DNA of 64,000 nucleotides from Dipteris shenzhenensis (lineage: Eukaryota). The translations under genes were made by a program, and so were the position numbers. The stretch is from assembly GCA_047967505.1 (NCBI GenBank), contig CM106538.1. One strand, written 5' to 3'. A model generated the notes under the pieces. It had not been told where the DNA came from. It worked only from the letters and a program-made list of their open reading frames with translations, and did no database searches. Below, in pieces: positions 26,530-39,300 of this stretch (within the stretch, counting starts at the first letter, position 1; the number at the start of each line of letters is the position of its first letter).

Positions 26530-27039
26530 ATTCTTCTCACAAATTAAGGGAGAGAATCCATTACTTCAAGAGACTTCAAAATGGAGTTTAAGCCTATCTT
26601 GTCAAGTGAGGGAGAAGTAAAAATACAAATCAAGAGTTCCTTATTTAGATAGACTTCTTTGCTTTGAAAGGAAGCTTTTACTTTTACTAAGCTTTAAGTT
26701 GTATATAATGGAGTTTATTTAGATTCAAATCCTCAAAAGAGAAGTTTTCCAAGGTGTATTGAAGTTTAAAAAGAACTTTGACATTATATTTTTCAAAAAA
26801 TTTTATTGAAAAAAGACCCAGTGACATTAATCTATCTAGGTAGAGTAGTCTTCTTTTGTAGTCTCGAGAAGCAAAAACTCTTGGAACTGAGGAAGTTAAA
26901 GGAACTAAAGGAGGAGGAAGTGGAGGAAGAGGAAGTGAGGGAGGCAACTCACGAACTACATGTGAGATTGCAGGAGAGCTAGGACAACCTCGTAACATAA
27001 CTTTAGGTTTCCATACGATGTTAGCATATGACATTGTTG

Positions 27040-27290
27040 TTAAATCTAACAGCTTAATATGTAAGGTACAACCACCATCATATATATACCGACCATGCAA
27101 GGTGTTTCGTGTTTGCAATGCACTAGCTTGTGAGGCAAAATGCATTTCAGCTTGGAGTCCACCTAAAACTTGATGCATAACAATCTTCTCAATAAGCCCA
27201 AAAGGCAAAAATACCTGTCAAATGCATGCAGGTGTGCTGGATTGCTATCAATAAATACATGTCTCACAACTTGAAATGTGATGGAGCGGC
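27040..27290 (-). pseudogene. PTB/hnRNP-L-type RRM at the N-terminus of the Penelope-like ORF
   Basis: QVFLPFGLIEKIVMHQVLGGLQAEMHFASQASALQTRNTLHGRYIYDGGCTLHIK resembles plant PTB RRM2 (QVFSP.G.VEKIVTFQK.AGFQALIQY...ARN.LQGRNIYDGCC.LDI, from memory). Confidence 0.72.
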
Positions 27291-27345
27291 TCGAAAGAAA
27301 GGGCGATGAAGAGGCTTCGAAATGTAGCTCAAAAGAGCCTAAACG

Positions 27346-27775
27346 GGGCACTGGGCAGCTATATGTCCCTCTTTTCCACATCTAAAGCATTTCCCATCTC
27401 TGCGAAATTCAGCTATCTGTTCAAGAGTGAATGGGGATTTGCCTTTATATGACTTTGAAAACTGAGTACCCCTCGGCTTCTGAGGCTGAAACCCTTTCTT
27501 TTCAACCTTGGGATACTCTTTCTTTTCTGATTTTGAAAAATCAGTTTTCTTCCTTTCAACACCTCCTGCATGCAAGGATAGTATTGTGGATGGATCTTGT
27601 AACGGCACAAGACTAGCCACTGAAGCTGAATGCATAAGGTCTTGAATGTTCTTTGCTCCCAAAGCATTCACTACTGCCTGAATTCTTGGACTGAGACCTG
27701 CTCTATACTTTCTCATTTGGGTTCCTTTGGAGATCTTTTTGAAGGGTGCAACCTGCAAATAAGCATCCCAAAACT
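27346..27775 (-). mobile_element. Isolated Gypsy gag fragment (same family as 44574-52081)
   Basis: FWDAYLQVAPFKKISKGTQMRKYRAGL...CFRCGKEGHIAAQCP is near-identical to 48351-48781. Confidence 0.92.
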
Positions 27776-28799
27776 CTTCCAGGCAGCCCATGACAGCCGG
27801 CGTGGTGAAGCACGGCGATAGGGCGGCACAAGGACGTGGCTACAGGGACCTTGACGCAAGGGCATGGCGATGGCGACGGCGACAGGCGACAGATGGGCAG
27901 CTCAAGGCTTCACAACGTCGCGGGAGATGGTGGAGTATTGCGACAACGGGAGGGGAGCACAACCACGACGGGGAAACAATAGCAGGGCCGGATGGAAATC
28001 CAATGAGACAGCAAGGTTCAGCTGATCGTTATCTGTTTGGGGCCGATAAAATGTTGTTATTGATCTGGTCGTTTCGTCGTCAATCCCGGTTGTGCTGAGG
28101 GTTGTCCGCTTGATCCTACAGTCCACTATAGGGTGGTCCGTCTAGTTAGCGCCCATCTATGTTAGCTGCTGGTAGAGGTTCCCCAAAGGATGTGCCATCC
28201 TAGTCCTTTGGCCGGTGAGGTGTCCTATCCCCAGGCACTCCTCCAAGCGTATGCAAACGCCCACATCTAGTCTTCATTGCTCATAGCTTTTGGACAAACA
28301 GATGTCAACAAGATGTGACATCGATTCCCTGTCAACGCCGTCTGGCCAGGGTCTTGGTCCTAGACTGCTTGCTTGCACGTTGGCACGATGGTACAGCATG
28401 ACTCATAGGCTTCCTTCATTTACTGCAATAGGGTACAAGGCCCAAGGAAAGTGCTCTAATACCAATGCAATGCAAGAGACAAGGGCATATTGGAGGAGGG
28501 AGAGATGGGAAGAGGGAGAAGGTTGAGAAGAGTGGGAAGGGGAAAGAGGGGGAGGAAGAGAGAGATTGGGAGAGAAGGGAGAGGGATAGAGAGAGATTGA
28601 GAGAGAGAGTGTAGGCAGCGCTAGGAGGAAGGAGGTGGGAGTAGATAGTATTAGATGTCATATCAAAAGTCTGTACAAAGGGTGGGGAGGTGGACTTATA
28701 TAGTCTCCCTCCACACTATCTCCTTTTTGCCCTCTCTAGGCCTGAACATCCCCTAGAGGAATAAGCCTAACCCTCACTAACTTGGCCCAATCTTGGCCT

Positions 28800-29813
28800 T
28801 CATTACAAGTTGAATCTCTAGGTTTTGAATACTGGTTTGATTCCCCATCTTGTGCTGACCTTTCAATATGTTCCAAGCCTCATTGGCCTTGACGTCTGCT
28901 GAATCAAAATGACAATAGAATCACTTACACCGGTAACAATAGTACATATTGCATCTATGTTTCTACGTCTCCAACTACCTAGAAGAGTTACACCCGGAGG
29001 GATCATGTTGCCGGCATTGCTTGGGCCCAGTGTTGTGACTAGTTCTGGATCCCCAATCCTAGAACCATATCCAAGAGCTCGTATGCATCCAATATAGTGC
29101 TAATCTTGAACTTCTACAGTGTGTAACTGGTCCCATCAAGCTTGCCTTCAGTGAAGGCGGGTGGATGATTTCGCATGATCTACACTCAAGTCACTGTTGG
29201 GGCTGCTGGAATGCTTGTAGCTCTCACTCCAAATGTTTTCTGTTACAGAGAGCTCCTTGTACTTGCACTACTGTTGTTACTTAAAGCACCTATGCACTGA
29301 TACCATGAAAGAAAATGGGAAGCAATGGAGGATGACAACGAAATGCAAGTACACAATAGAAAAATGGAGAGGATAAAAATGCTGATATACCAAAACAGTT
29401 GATACAACTGAAATGCTAGTGCTGTCCACCCATGCGCTCTCAAAAGAGAGCTTAGATGGTGATCTGGACAGATGCTAGACACAGATGGTGAGCACTGAAG
29501 ATCGGAGATTACTCAAGGCAAGAGGGGTGACTATTATATAGTGTGCCATGTGGGTTTGACCCCTGGCCAACGACAGATCCTTTAGAAGTGTTGCATGAAA
29601 TATATTATCTCTAAGTGTTTGAGATTTGTCTTTGGGCTGTGTAGGTGAGCATGCAAGCAATGGGAGAAGACCCACAAAAATGGCTTTGATACCATTAAGG
29701 ATGAAAGGAGCTAGAAGGGGGAAAGGAGAGAGAAACAAACAAACAAACAAACGTTTATTAACGACCGTGGAAGGCCACAAAAGCATATGAAACCAAAGAA
29801 CTGAATTCCCACA
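28800..29813 (-). mobile_element. Truncated Copia element: probable 5' LTR (29306-29813), PBS and gag fragment
   Basis: tggtatca PBS at 29298-29305 after CA. gag: RNHPPAFTEGKLDGTSYTL*KFKISTILDAYELLDMVLG...ANEAWNILK...IQNLEIQL. The outer LTR end is tentative. Confidence 0.7.
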
Positions 29814-30353
29814 TAACCAAGGGCCTCATGATATCAACATATGTAATTGGTTGCAGACCTCATGAGTTATACACACAATACACAATGTATACACAAATAT
29901 TTGGGAGAGGGCTAAGGCAAGCAACAGCAAGTTGCAGATATATGCTTGCAGACCTTTAGTCAAGACATCCTGTTTTCCATTGGCGAGCATAATCTCAATA
30001 ATCGCAATGCTGCACCTTGGCCTTTTGCTAGATAGGGCAGGGACTAATTGCTGCTCCCTCAACCTATTTGTAATAATAGGGAATTCAAATCTAGCATCAA
30101 GATTGCCTCCTTTAATCTGACAATGCTTTGAGACATTTATAAATAATATTTTCCTATTTTAACCCTTCAGCACTCTCCTTTTCCATCTTTCTCTCCCCTT
30201 CGCTCCGGCCCCAGTCATCTCTGCTGATTTGCTTGAGCTACTACTTAAAACAATACAGCTACAATGACTTCTCTAGGGCTTTTCAGCAAAATATATCCTT
30301 AAGAATTGCAGCTCATGTAAAAATGTGATTATGATGAAGGAAGGCAAACAAAC

Positions 30354-30573
30354 CTGACAAGAGTATCATCTAAAGCTGTTAGATAATTAGTCCTGACAGC
30401 AGCAGCCTCCTTTCTAGATTCCTTGAGAACGGGCCATGAAAGCACCCATGGTGGTGAATGAAATGTTAGCAAGTCCAAGGGCTGTAACTTGATGTTGCAG
30501 TAGATATGAAGCATTGGTGCACGTTGTATAACCTCTGCAATGACTTTTCCCAGCTTCCGCTCTGGGCTCTCCG
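30354..30573 (-). CDS. WASHC4: WASHC4 exon
   Basis: cag|CG...GTC AG|gt, 220 nt, phase 1 to 2. AESPERKLGKVIAEVIQRAPMLHIYCNIKLQPLDLL...RTNYLTALDDTLVR. Confidence 0.83.
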
Positions 30574-30693
30574 CTGCCTTGCCATGGAAGTTGCACTTGA
30601 GTTATGGTGGTGGTCCTCTTTAGCAGGAGCTGCAGCTAGAATCAAGTATCCTAACTACAGAAGCCACTTCTGCTTACAATCAAAAGCACATAC

Positions 30694-30774
30694 CACACAT
30701 CCAAGCATGAAAGATAAAAACTGCAAGAAGCCCGACCAAACATACACGATCGTTGGGTATTTCTTTCAATGTGT
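30694..30774 (-). CDS. WASHC4: WASHC4 exon
   Basis: cag|AC...TGT G|gtatg, 81 nt, phase 1 to 1. DTLKEIPNDRVCLVGLLAVFIFHAWMC. Confidence 0.8.
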
Positions 30775-30862
30775 CTGCACACAGTCAACAAAGAACAAAT
30801 CTTAATGCGCTGCCATGACCTGGCAAACTTCAAATAGCTTGAGGAACATATCAAGATCTGAC

Positions 30863-30986
30863 CTAGACGGGAAAGAATGTGTGTAAACCCTTCACGTAGA
30901 CAGAAAGAGATTTCCTCTAGACAGTGACGATTAGACTTAAGCTTCTCCATCTGTGGATGTCCTAAAAAGTCCTCCTTCAGACATCT
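30863..30986 (-). CDS. WASHC4: WASHC4 exon (after the 32,000-nt intron)
   Basis: cag|AGA...CTA G|gt, 124 nt, phase 0 to 1. RCLKEDFLGHPQMEKLKSNRHCLEEISFCLREGFTHILSRL continues GIFQ in frame. Confidence 0.82.
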
Positions 30987-33657
30987 CTGTCACAAATAAG
31001 GAAATCCTGTTAGAACAACAGGGAGATTGAACGTAATCATTTGACACAATGTACAAAAGAGCATTCCAGCCCTACATTCGTGTTTTCATGAAGATTACAA
31101 GAAATCAAGTCTGCATGTCTCTGTGATAGTGCCCAGAACATCATATTCGTCGCAGCCGATGCAATTAGATCAGCTACTTGGTATTTTGAACCTACCATTG
31201 GAGACGTCGACTACTACAAATTAGGTCGACATGCCAAGCTGCCCACCTCTGATTCTAGCTGCCTTGACCTATCCCGCTGATTTGGGGACTCTGAGAGTGT
31301 ACCCAACCAAGCACCCGTAGGATTTGCGTATTGTGCCCATCCCTGTGTGTTGTCTCTGCAAGCTTATGTTCTAGCGTGGGCAGCTTGTTGTACAACAAAG
31401 TCATCATCCCCCAAGAAGGAAACGAAGGCTATGCGCTAGTTAAAGAAGATCCGTAGGGATGAACCGGCCCATGAGGTTGCCAAAACCGAATGCCTTAGGT
31501 TGTGTTATAAAAGAAGCGCTACTTCGCCATTTCGTCTATGCAATCCGCAATGTGCAACTTCTACTGTTTTGCTTTCCTTGTGCACTCTGTTTTCCTTGAA
31601 GACCTTATTTGCCATGGCAGATACACTGAAGGTTGTTTCTAAAGATAGACCAGAGGGGAGCGGAGATTTGATGGACACGAGTAGTGGGGAATTCGAGAGA
31701 GGTTTTTCTTGATTCACGTTCTCTTTTTTCTTTTCCAATTACCGATCCAAACGTCTACTCTCTACATATTATTTCCGTCTGGTTTCTTCTTTCTTTTGCG
31801 AAGCTGATGCTGGGTGGTTGCAGGCTTGATAAATATGGCGGAGTCTCATAAAATCTGCACAGATGATGCCCGTTTGATTCTGCGCGGTGAGGATGAAAGC
31901 CTTCTTTATTTCCGGTCGTATTCACAATACCGATTCTTACTGGCATGCTTATCGAATGTAGTTTTTGCTTGGTGTTGTAGAGGAAATCGACGATCTAAGC
32001 TGATCGATTGCGAAAGTGCAAAGGAACCAATAAAACTATGCGCGGCAGAGCAAAAGCCAAAAACCCAAGGTGCTCATTTCTCCACTTTTCTTTCCGCGTT
32101 GTCATTTTGGCACGTCAAATGATAGCTTTTATAACACCAGACTGCCAATGTAACTAACTAGAGAGAATGAAAGAATTGAGGTACTATGCACGAGAATATT
32201 GACAGGCTTCATCTTGACGAAAATCAATTTCTGATATGGAACTTTTATCGTCTACCGTTATGCTTCGGTCCTGTGAAGATGCTATTATAGAAGAGGGATT
32301 TTTAAAGGCATCCCTTCATAGTACGAGGCTGAAAAAACAGGATTCTAAAACAAATGAAGGTATTAGTTTAAATACGGCCTGCATTGATTTCGTTAACTTC
32401 TCTATTGCCTTCTGTTTTCTGAACCCTCCCTCCCTTCTTAATCTTCTCATAGATCTTGGTCCACCAATGAGCGATGCAGTCCACGTTCTTGCACAACAGG
32501 TGTGGTTTCAGCTTCTGGTGTTTGTCGCATTAGAACAACTCAGCCTCGTCCATCATCAAGCACACATATGCCTTTGGATTTGGCTCCAATCGGAGTGGGT
32601 GCTATTCACAAGAACACCAAGAAAAACTTAAAGACTGCCTTCTACGCGGCTGCGAAGCAAGCATGTGCTGAAGGTAGTGTTTATTGGCTTTTCAACATTG
32701 TTTGACTCTTACGCCTTATACTCATGTTTTTTTCCATATCTCCAGTTCGCCAAAGAGTACGTGAGAAGGGCTGCAACATTAGGGTAAATTGCGAGATACT
32801 CATACGCATCAGGGCTCCTATTCTTGAGGAGGTTCCGCACTTAGTTTTTTTCCTTTTCCCTACGCTCTTTGAAACTCCACTTGAATAGTTTTAAAGATCA
32901 TAGTTTTTTTGCGAAAGTCAAAGCTTACTTTGAACACGGGACTTTTAAAAGAGAATGCAAACACTTATTTGCCACATTCCAATGTTATTCTCTTAGAAAG
33001 ATTTGCTACCGCGTTTTATAAACGGAAATAACGTCTTTCGCATGGTATTTTCCCATAACGCTTTGCTTCCCACACATCCTACAACTTACATTAAAAAACC
33101 ATATTTCGCATGGTATTTTTTTGTGATGCTTTGTTTTTAGCCAATCCTGGAAGCTACATAATAAAGAGATTTTACTGCGGTTTGTATTGTGATTTGGAGA
33201 CTACATTAATTACCAACTTCAAACACCTTACTCTTAAGAGAGATCACCAAGGGAAAATAAAGTGCATCAACTTGGAAAATGTGTCAATTTTTACTGTACA
33301 TGGGAATTAATGCATTTCAATGGATTTTCTTTTGCCACATGCAAATTCCAAAAACTTATCATAATTTTTAAAAATTTTATTTTTCAACAGCTAGTTCAAA
33401 CGTAGAAGGACGAGTGGAGAAAGTCACGCACAAAGCGAATCTGGAGCTGGAGGAGCATACATATATGCTGGAGGGAAACAACAATGAGGATGCACCTAGA
33501 AGATTACCTGCACGAAACTACCTAAACACTCCAAACCCAAACTCCCTACCAATACTTTCAATAGATGCATTATCGGAATTTGTTCCCCGTCGCTTTGCTT
33601 TCAAGGAAAAGGTCCTCGCAAAATACGGGACTTTCAAAGCAAAGGATGTTCCATACC

Positions 33658-34184
33658 CGGTCTACATGCGTGTAGACTTAGCAGACCAAGCTTGTTCTGA
33701 AACAATCACACTACATGTCCCTCATGCATATGTTCTGCAGTTCAAAGATATTTTTGAAGTAGATGATTTTTTCAGAGTTGAGGGACCATCTATTACCAAG
33801 TGAGCTCCAGAAGAAGAGGGGACCTCTTCTTTCTCACTACATGTCGATGCCACTACAACAGTCTTGAAAGCCAAGCCATTTGATGGTGCCATTTCATTTG
33901 TGCCTGATAATGTCATACACCGATGCGGTCTACATGTGTGTAGATTTAACAGACCAAGCTTGTTCTGAAACAATCACACTACATGTCCCTCATGCACATG
34001 TTCTGCAGTTCAAAGATATTTTTGAAGTAGATGATTTTTTCAGAGTTGAGGGACCATCTATTGCCAAGCGAGAAGGGGGGACCTCTTCTTTCTCACTACA
34101 TGTCAATGCCACTACGATAGTCTTGAAAGCCGAGCCATTTGATGGTGCCATTTCATTTGTGCCTGGTAATGTCATACACCGATA
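33658..34184 (+). repeat. Tandem duplication (about 268-bp unit) in the RPA-like gene
   Basis: cggtctacatg(c/t)gtgtaga...gtcatacaccgat starts at 33658 and at 33926. Confidence 0.92.
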
Positions 34185-34254
34185 TGCACCATGGGCTACC
34201 AACCAGATGGAAAACTTGAGGGCATTTTTTATTTCAGTCATTGACACCATAGCC

Positions 34255-34715
34255 TGTTATGCTCTAGCCGAGGTAACATGACCTCGGAAGAATCAGTCGA
34301 CATTTCCCTTAAAGGATCTCTGTTTGTAATATATCTGTTTGTGCTTCATGTAAATGATCGGGAGGGAATTAATGTCAAGGTCCTAGGTGAGGGCTCATAG
34401 CACCAAACTAGGTGGATCTAAGGCTAAGGGCCTAATGCAAGAAATGTGCCTAGGGGCAATTGGAATTAAAGTATCCCAAGAGAGGGGTGAAAAGATGCAT
34501 TAGGAAGGCCCTATGATGATGACATGTGGCATCTAGATCCATCTAGGGAGATGGGGCTTGTTGAAGTTAGTGAGAGAAGGAGAATGAACGTGCACGTATG
34601 TTGTTCTTGATTTTAAATTCTCTGAGTGCTCTCACGCTTCAACAGGATTTGGCTGGGAGGTTACTCTGTGGTGCTACTCCCGTGATCTACAGTAGTTAGT
34701 AGAAAGTCTGTAATA
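34255..34715 (+). repeat. 5' LTR
   Basis: TG...TA ends; direct repeat of 40616-41071. Confidence 0.95.
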
Positions 34716-35831
34716 GTTGGTATCAGAGCTATCAGGTTGATGAAAATCCAGAGGCGATGCGTGAAGATGGGTGAAAGACCTGCGAAACGAACAGTAAGGC
34801 TCGTGAATGGGACGTGATCATACGATTACTTCGTGGAGAGAGGTGTGACGACGAACGGCGTGGGCGTGTAACACAGGGATAATTCTGCTACGCGTGACGC
34901 CAAAACGGAATAGAATAAGAGTTAGCGATCTCGGAAGGGGCTAGCAGAAAAAAAAAATTTACAGGAAGAGGGTCGCTGTCCCCTTCGCTATTTCCTACCA
35001 ATTCTACACATAAAAGTTGACGTCGCAAAGGCCTAGCGTGAGATGCGACGTGTGCTTTTAAATGGTCACGGGATTTGGCCGTCTCGTCCGTTGGCGTCAG
35101 GCAAGGATTAGAGGTGGTTATTCATTTGGTAAATCAGGCGTGACGATGGGTGACGTACGGGCAGCGATGGTAGCGTGGTGGCTCGACGGCAATGTATGGC
35201 TTAGTCGAGACTGGGTAATCTAACCGTTGTAAGAGCCTTGGCGATCAATTTTCGGATAGAGCAATATACTTGGAGCTCCCTCCACGACCCACCTCTGGTG
35301 ACCTTGTTGAGAGACTAAAGGAATTGCTGAGTAATCTCAATCATCTGACGCCAGCTGAGAATCTCTTGTTCGTATTAGATTGGAGGCAGCTCCTCAAAGC
35401 AGTAATTAGCGTATCATTCCGAAACAGAGAGCAGGCTTCGGGAACTCGAATTGCGTGGAGCTTCCAGGGAGCATCAAATTTTCCTTTTATATAAAATTTC
35501 AGTTTTCAGTGTGCAGTTTATTATTCCTGTACAGCAAAGGGGAATCTGATTTTTTTTTTTTAAAATTATGGATAGTCTTTGAAATTATGCTTGTGCATAT
35601 GCCTATGTGCTTCAGTCAGAGTTGATTTGCAGGAATTTCCCTAGTATAGGGAAAAGTGGTATTTGGGTTATGCCTGTGTCAAATGCCTAGTCAGTGTGCA
35701 TGTGGGATTGCAAGTATTCCCTAGAATAGGGAATTGTGTCAGAGTGCTAGTACACTGAATTTTGTCAGTTTGTAAATACAGTATTCTAGCGGTGTTTTTA
35801 TTTTATTTTTATTTTTATTTTTTTTTAAAGA

Positions 35832-36303
35832 GAAAACACCCATTGACCTGAATGGAAGCAGAAGAAGGAGCTTCCAGGAGGGACCCTGGTGAGTCAGGAG
35901 TCTGGCCAACCCAGTAGGTGTCGCACCCAGTAGCTCACACCTTATCTGGCAGGATTGCATTACTTGAGGATGCCTTGCAGCAGTTATTAGCACAACAGTT
36001 ACAAGCAAATGCAGTGCAGTCTGAACTTAGAAGAGTGATACACAATATGTCTGCCAGACCTTCTCGAAAACACCCATTGACCTGAATGGAAGCAGAAGAA
36101 GGAGCTTCCAGGAGGGACCCTGGTGAGTCAGGAGTCTGGCCAACCCAGTAGGTGTCGTGCCCAGTAGCTCACACCTTATCTGGCAGGATTGCATTACTTG
36201 AGGATGCCTTGCAGCAGTTATTAGCACAACAGTTACAAGCAAATGCAGTGCAGTCTGAACTTAGAAGAGTGATACACAATATGTCTGCCAGACCTTCTCG
36301 AAA
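35832..36303 (+). repeat. Tandem duplication (234-bp unit) at the gag 5' end
   Basis: gaaaacacccattgacc starts at 35832 and at 36066; gaaa microhomology at the junction. Confidence 0.93.
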
Positions 36304-39300
36304 TGAGAAAGGAAAGGCTCCAATGGAACCGGAGTCTAGTGTCCATACGATCAAGCCTAGAAAGGCTAAAGTACCTAATATTGCCAATTATAGGCCGGAG
36401 AAGTATTCTGGTCGGATGAATGACCGTAGTTCTGATGTCATTGAGACCTGGTTACACAAATGGGACGAGGCGTTCGCCATTTGTGAAATCAGAAATGATA
36501 TCAAGAAAATCCGCGAGGCCACCCACATGTTTAGTGAGGCAGCGGATCGGTGGTGGATTAAACAAATGAAAGATGGTATAGCATCCACTACCTGGGAGGG
36601 GTTTAAAAGAGAATTCAGGAAACACTTCTTACCTCCTGACGAAGCATCCCGAGCTTGGGATCAGTATAGAAACCTTCATCAAAGAAATTTGTCAGTGGCA
36701 GAATACACTAATAAGTTTCGAGAGAGCGTAATGAAGGTTGATGAACCCCTACCTCAATCAATCCAAGTGAAAGATTTCATATTTGGATTGAATGATCGGA
36801 TTAAAATGGAAGTTCGGGCTAAGTATGCGAACACGTTGGATGATGCAATAGCCATAGCCCTGAACTATGAAGATGCCAAGGGCAGCAGGCCAAGTGGGTT
36901 TGCACAGGTCGGAACCCAGTATGGGTACCAGAAGAAATCTGGGTTTAAGAAGAAGTGGATTAGTAAAGGGAGTGGTTCTCAGCCGAGTGGTCAAGCCAAG
37001 CCGGCGAAACCAGTTGAAACTCCTAAATCAAGTACCACCATTGGAGTGAAGAGGAAAGTAACACCAATGGCAGCCCGGGCTTGGTCAAAGTCTCCCTTAA
37101 ACCCAGAGCAAAGAGAAAAAGCGAGAAGAGAAGGCTTGTGTTTTGGTTGCCTTCAGCCTCATCAGTGGAAGGATTATCCACGGAATAAGGATCGTTAAAT
37201 GGCTGAGATGGTAGCCTCAGAATGCGACGTGGAAATGGAGGGAAGTCCCAGAGCGGAACAGATGCAGATTCAGCTAGCGGAATCTTCTCAGAGGTCAGTA
37301 CCTTGTTTGTTATGTGTGTCTGTTGCTAAGCTAGTAACAAGTGCACCTGATAACATCCTATCTAAGCCCGCAGCAACGGGATATACAGCCTTTAATGATA
37401 CGGAGTTAATTAAAATGAAAGGGCAAGTGGCCAATCATGATATCATTGTGTTGTTTGACTCGGCGTCAACTCACAATGTAATTAACTCCAAGCTCGTGAA
37501 GAGGCTGAAGTTAAAGACTAACCCATCTGACTATGCGTATACAGTCAGGATGGCTTATGGAAGTTCAACTGAAGTATGGGACCAAAGGGTTACCCAGTTG
37601 GAGCTTCGTATTCAGGACTATGCTGAGAAGCTTGATTTTGAAATGACTAAGCTTGCTCATGCAGATATAGCCCTGGGTATGGCGTGGCATTCTAGGAAGA
37701 ATCCAGCCATTGATTGGAAAAAGCACGTATATCAATTCAAGATGAATGATGTGCTTTATGTCTTACGAGGTGAAAAAGATGTACCTCAGGGACTGTTGGT
37801 TTCCGTGATGGAAATCCGAAAAGCTCAAGAAGAGTTTTTATTCCTTTGTACAGCATCGGTAGAGCCGGTAGATGATTCTTCGGCTAGCACTGAAGAGGCG
37901 GAGGTGCGTAGACAACTAGAAGAATACCTCAAGTTGGGGCAGATTCAACTAAGTTTCTCACCTTTTGCTTCGCCAGTGATATTAAAGAAGAAAAAGGATG
38001 ATACGTTTCGCCTCTGTATAGATTACAGAGCATTGAATAATATCACTGTTAAGCACAGGTATCCGATGGCTCGGATTGATGATTTGCTAGATGCATTACA
38101 TGAAGCCGTGATTTTCAGCAAGATAGATCTTAAGTGTGGCTACCATCAGATCCGGATTAGAGCCGAGGATGTGCACAAAACCGCTTTCACAAGCAAATTT
38201 GGTCATTATGAGTTTTTGGTAATGCCTTTCGGACTTACCAATGCTCCTGCTACATTCGTCATGCTTATGAACGATTTACTACGTCCGTATATCGGAAAGT
38301 TTGTAGTACATTTTATTGACGATATTCTAGTGTTCAGTAAAAGTATTACTGAGCATCGTGAACACTTAAGAATAGTGTTCAATACTTTGAGGAAAGCCAG
38401 TCTTTATGTAAATAAAAAGAAAACTATACTGTGTATGGTTAGGCTTGAATATTTAGGATTCATAATTACTCCAAAAGGGGGTAGAAATGGATCCAAAGAA
38501 AGTGGCTGCGATACTGACTTGGCCAATCCCTCAGAGTCTGACCGCTTTGCGATCATTCTTGGGATTTGTCCAATTTTATCGAAGGCATATCAAAGGATAT
38601 TCCGAAATAGTATCCCCATTGACTGATCTGACCTCAAACAAAGTACCTTTTATATGGGGACAGAATCAACAGGAAAGTTTTAACACCATAAAACAAGCTG
38701 TGGTCACAGGACCGGTGTTGAAAATAGTTGATCCCCAGAAACCGTTGTTCCTGGAAACCGATGCAAGTGGCATTGCGGTAGGAGCAGTTTTCCTTCAAGA
38801 GGGAAGGCCAGTAGCCTTTGAAAGCAAGAAGCTTTCTCCCTCTCAAAGGGATTGGCCAACTCATGAATTGGAGTTGTATGCTGTTATCCATGCTTTGAAA
38901 ACATGGAGGCATTATTTGTATGGTTCAGAGTTTTATGTGGATGTGGATCATGATACTCTGAAATATTTTTGTAAACAGCGTGACTTGAGGGGCCGCCAAG
39001 CTAGGTGGGCAGAGCTCATGCAGGAGTTTAATTTAACGATTCGGTACCGAAGGGGGAAAGATAATAAGGTTGCTCATGCGTTGTCTCGCATTATGCACAA
39101 TATGAGTTTTACGGTATTAGAGAGTGCTCTAATGACCGAGATTAGAGAAACTCAAAAGGTGGACGAGTTTATCCAGAGCTTATGGCCTAAAGCTCATGTG
39201 TTTAGACCCGGGGAAGAAAAGGATGACCTGGCATCCAGAAAAGGCCAAACATATGCAAGATATACCATAAGGGATGGTATGCTAAAAAGAAATGGCAAGG

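Larger units (their letters stand above)
24341..27345 (-). mobile_element. Penelope-like retroelement, endonuclease-less, Hydra-like motifs, with N-terminal RRM (decayed)
   Basis: CCCKSKRF...GHVVTTD...LRDLFMKGTKFR, VDKCSNNFVFICK, WKFHKTPKKPRFI, YDFTTLYT, GIPMGTNCA, RFIDD, FLDL, IYDKR, SNI...YGVISSQFHRF. Stop at 24460 with no GIY-YIG domain on either side. Boundaries are approximate. Confidence 0.85.

Noticed and set aside
27295-27345. Hammerhead-ribozyme-like string (gcgatgaagaggcttcgaaa) near the PLE 5' end
   Set aside because: It lacks the CUGAnGA core, stem II does not close properly, and it is antisense to the element.
31500-32122. Short plus-strand ORFs upstream of the RPA-like gene
   Set aside because: No motifs, and I could not decide whether they belong to the Helitron or define its 5' end.
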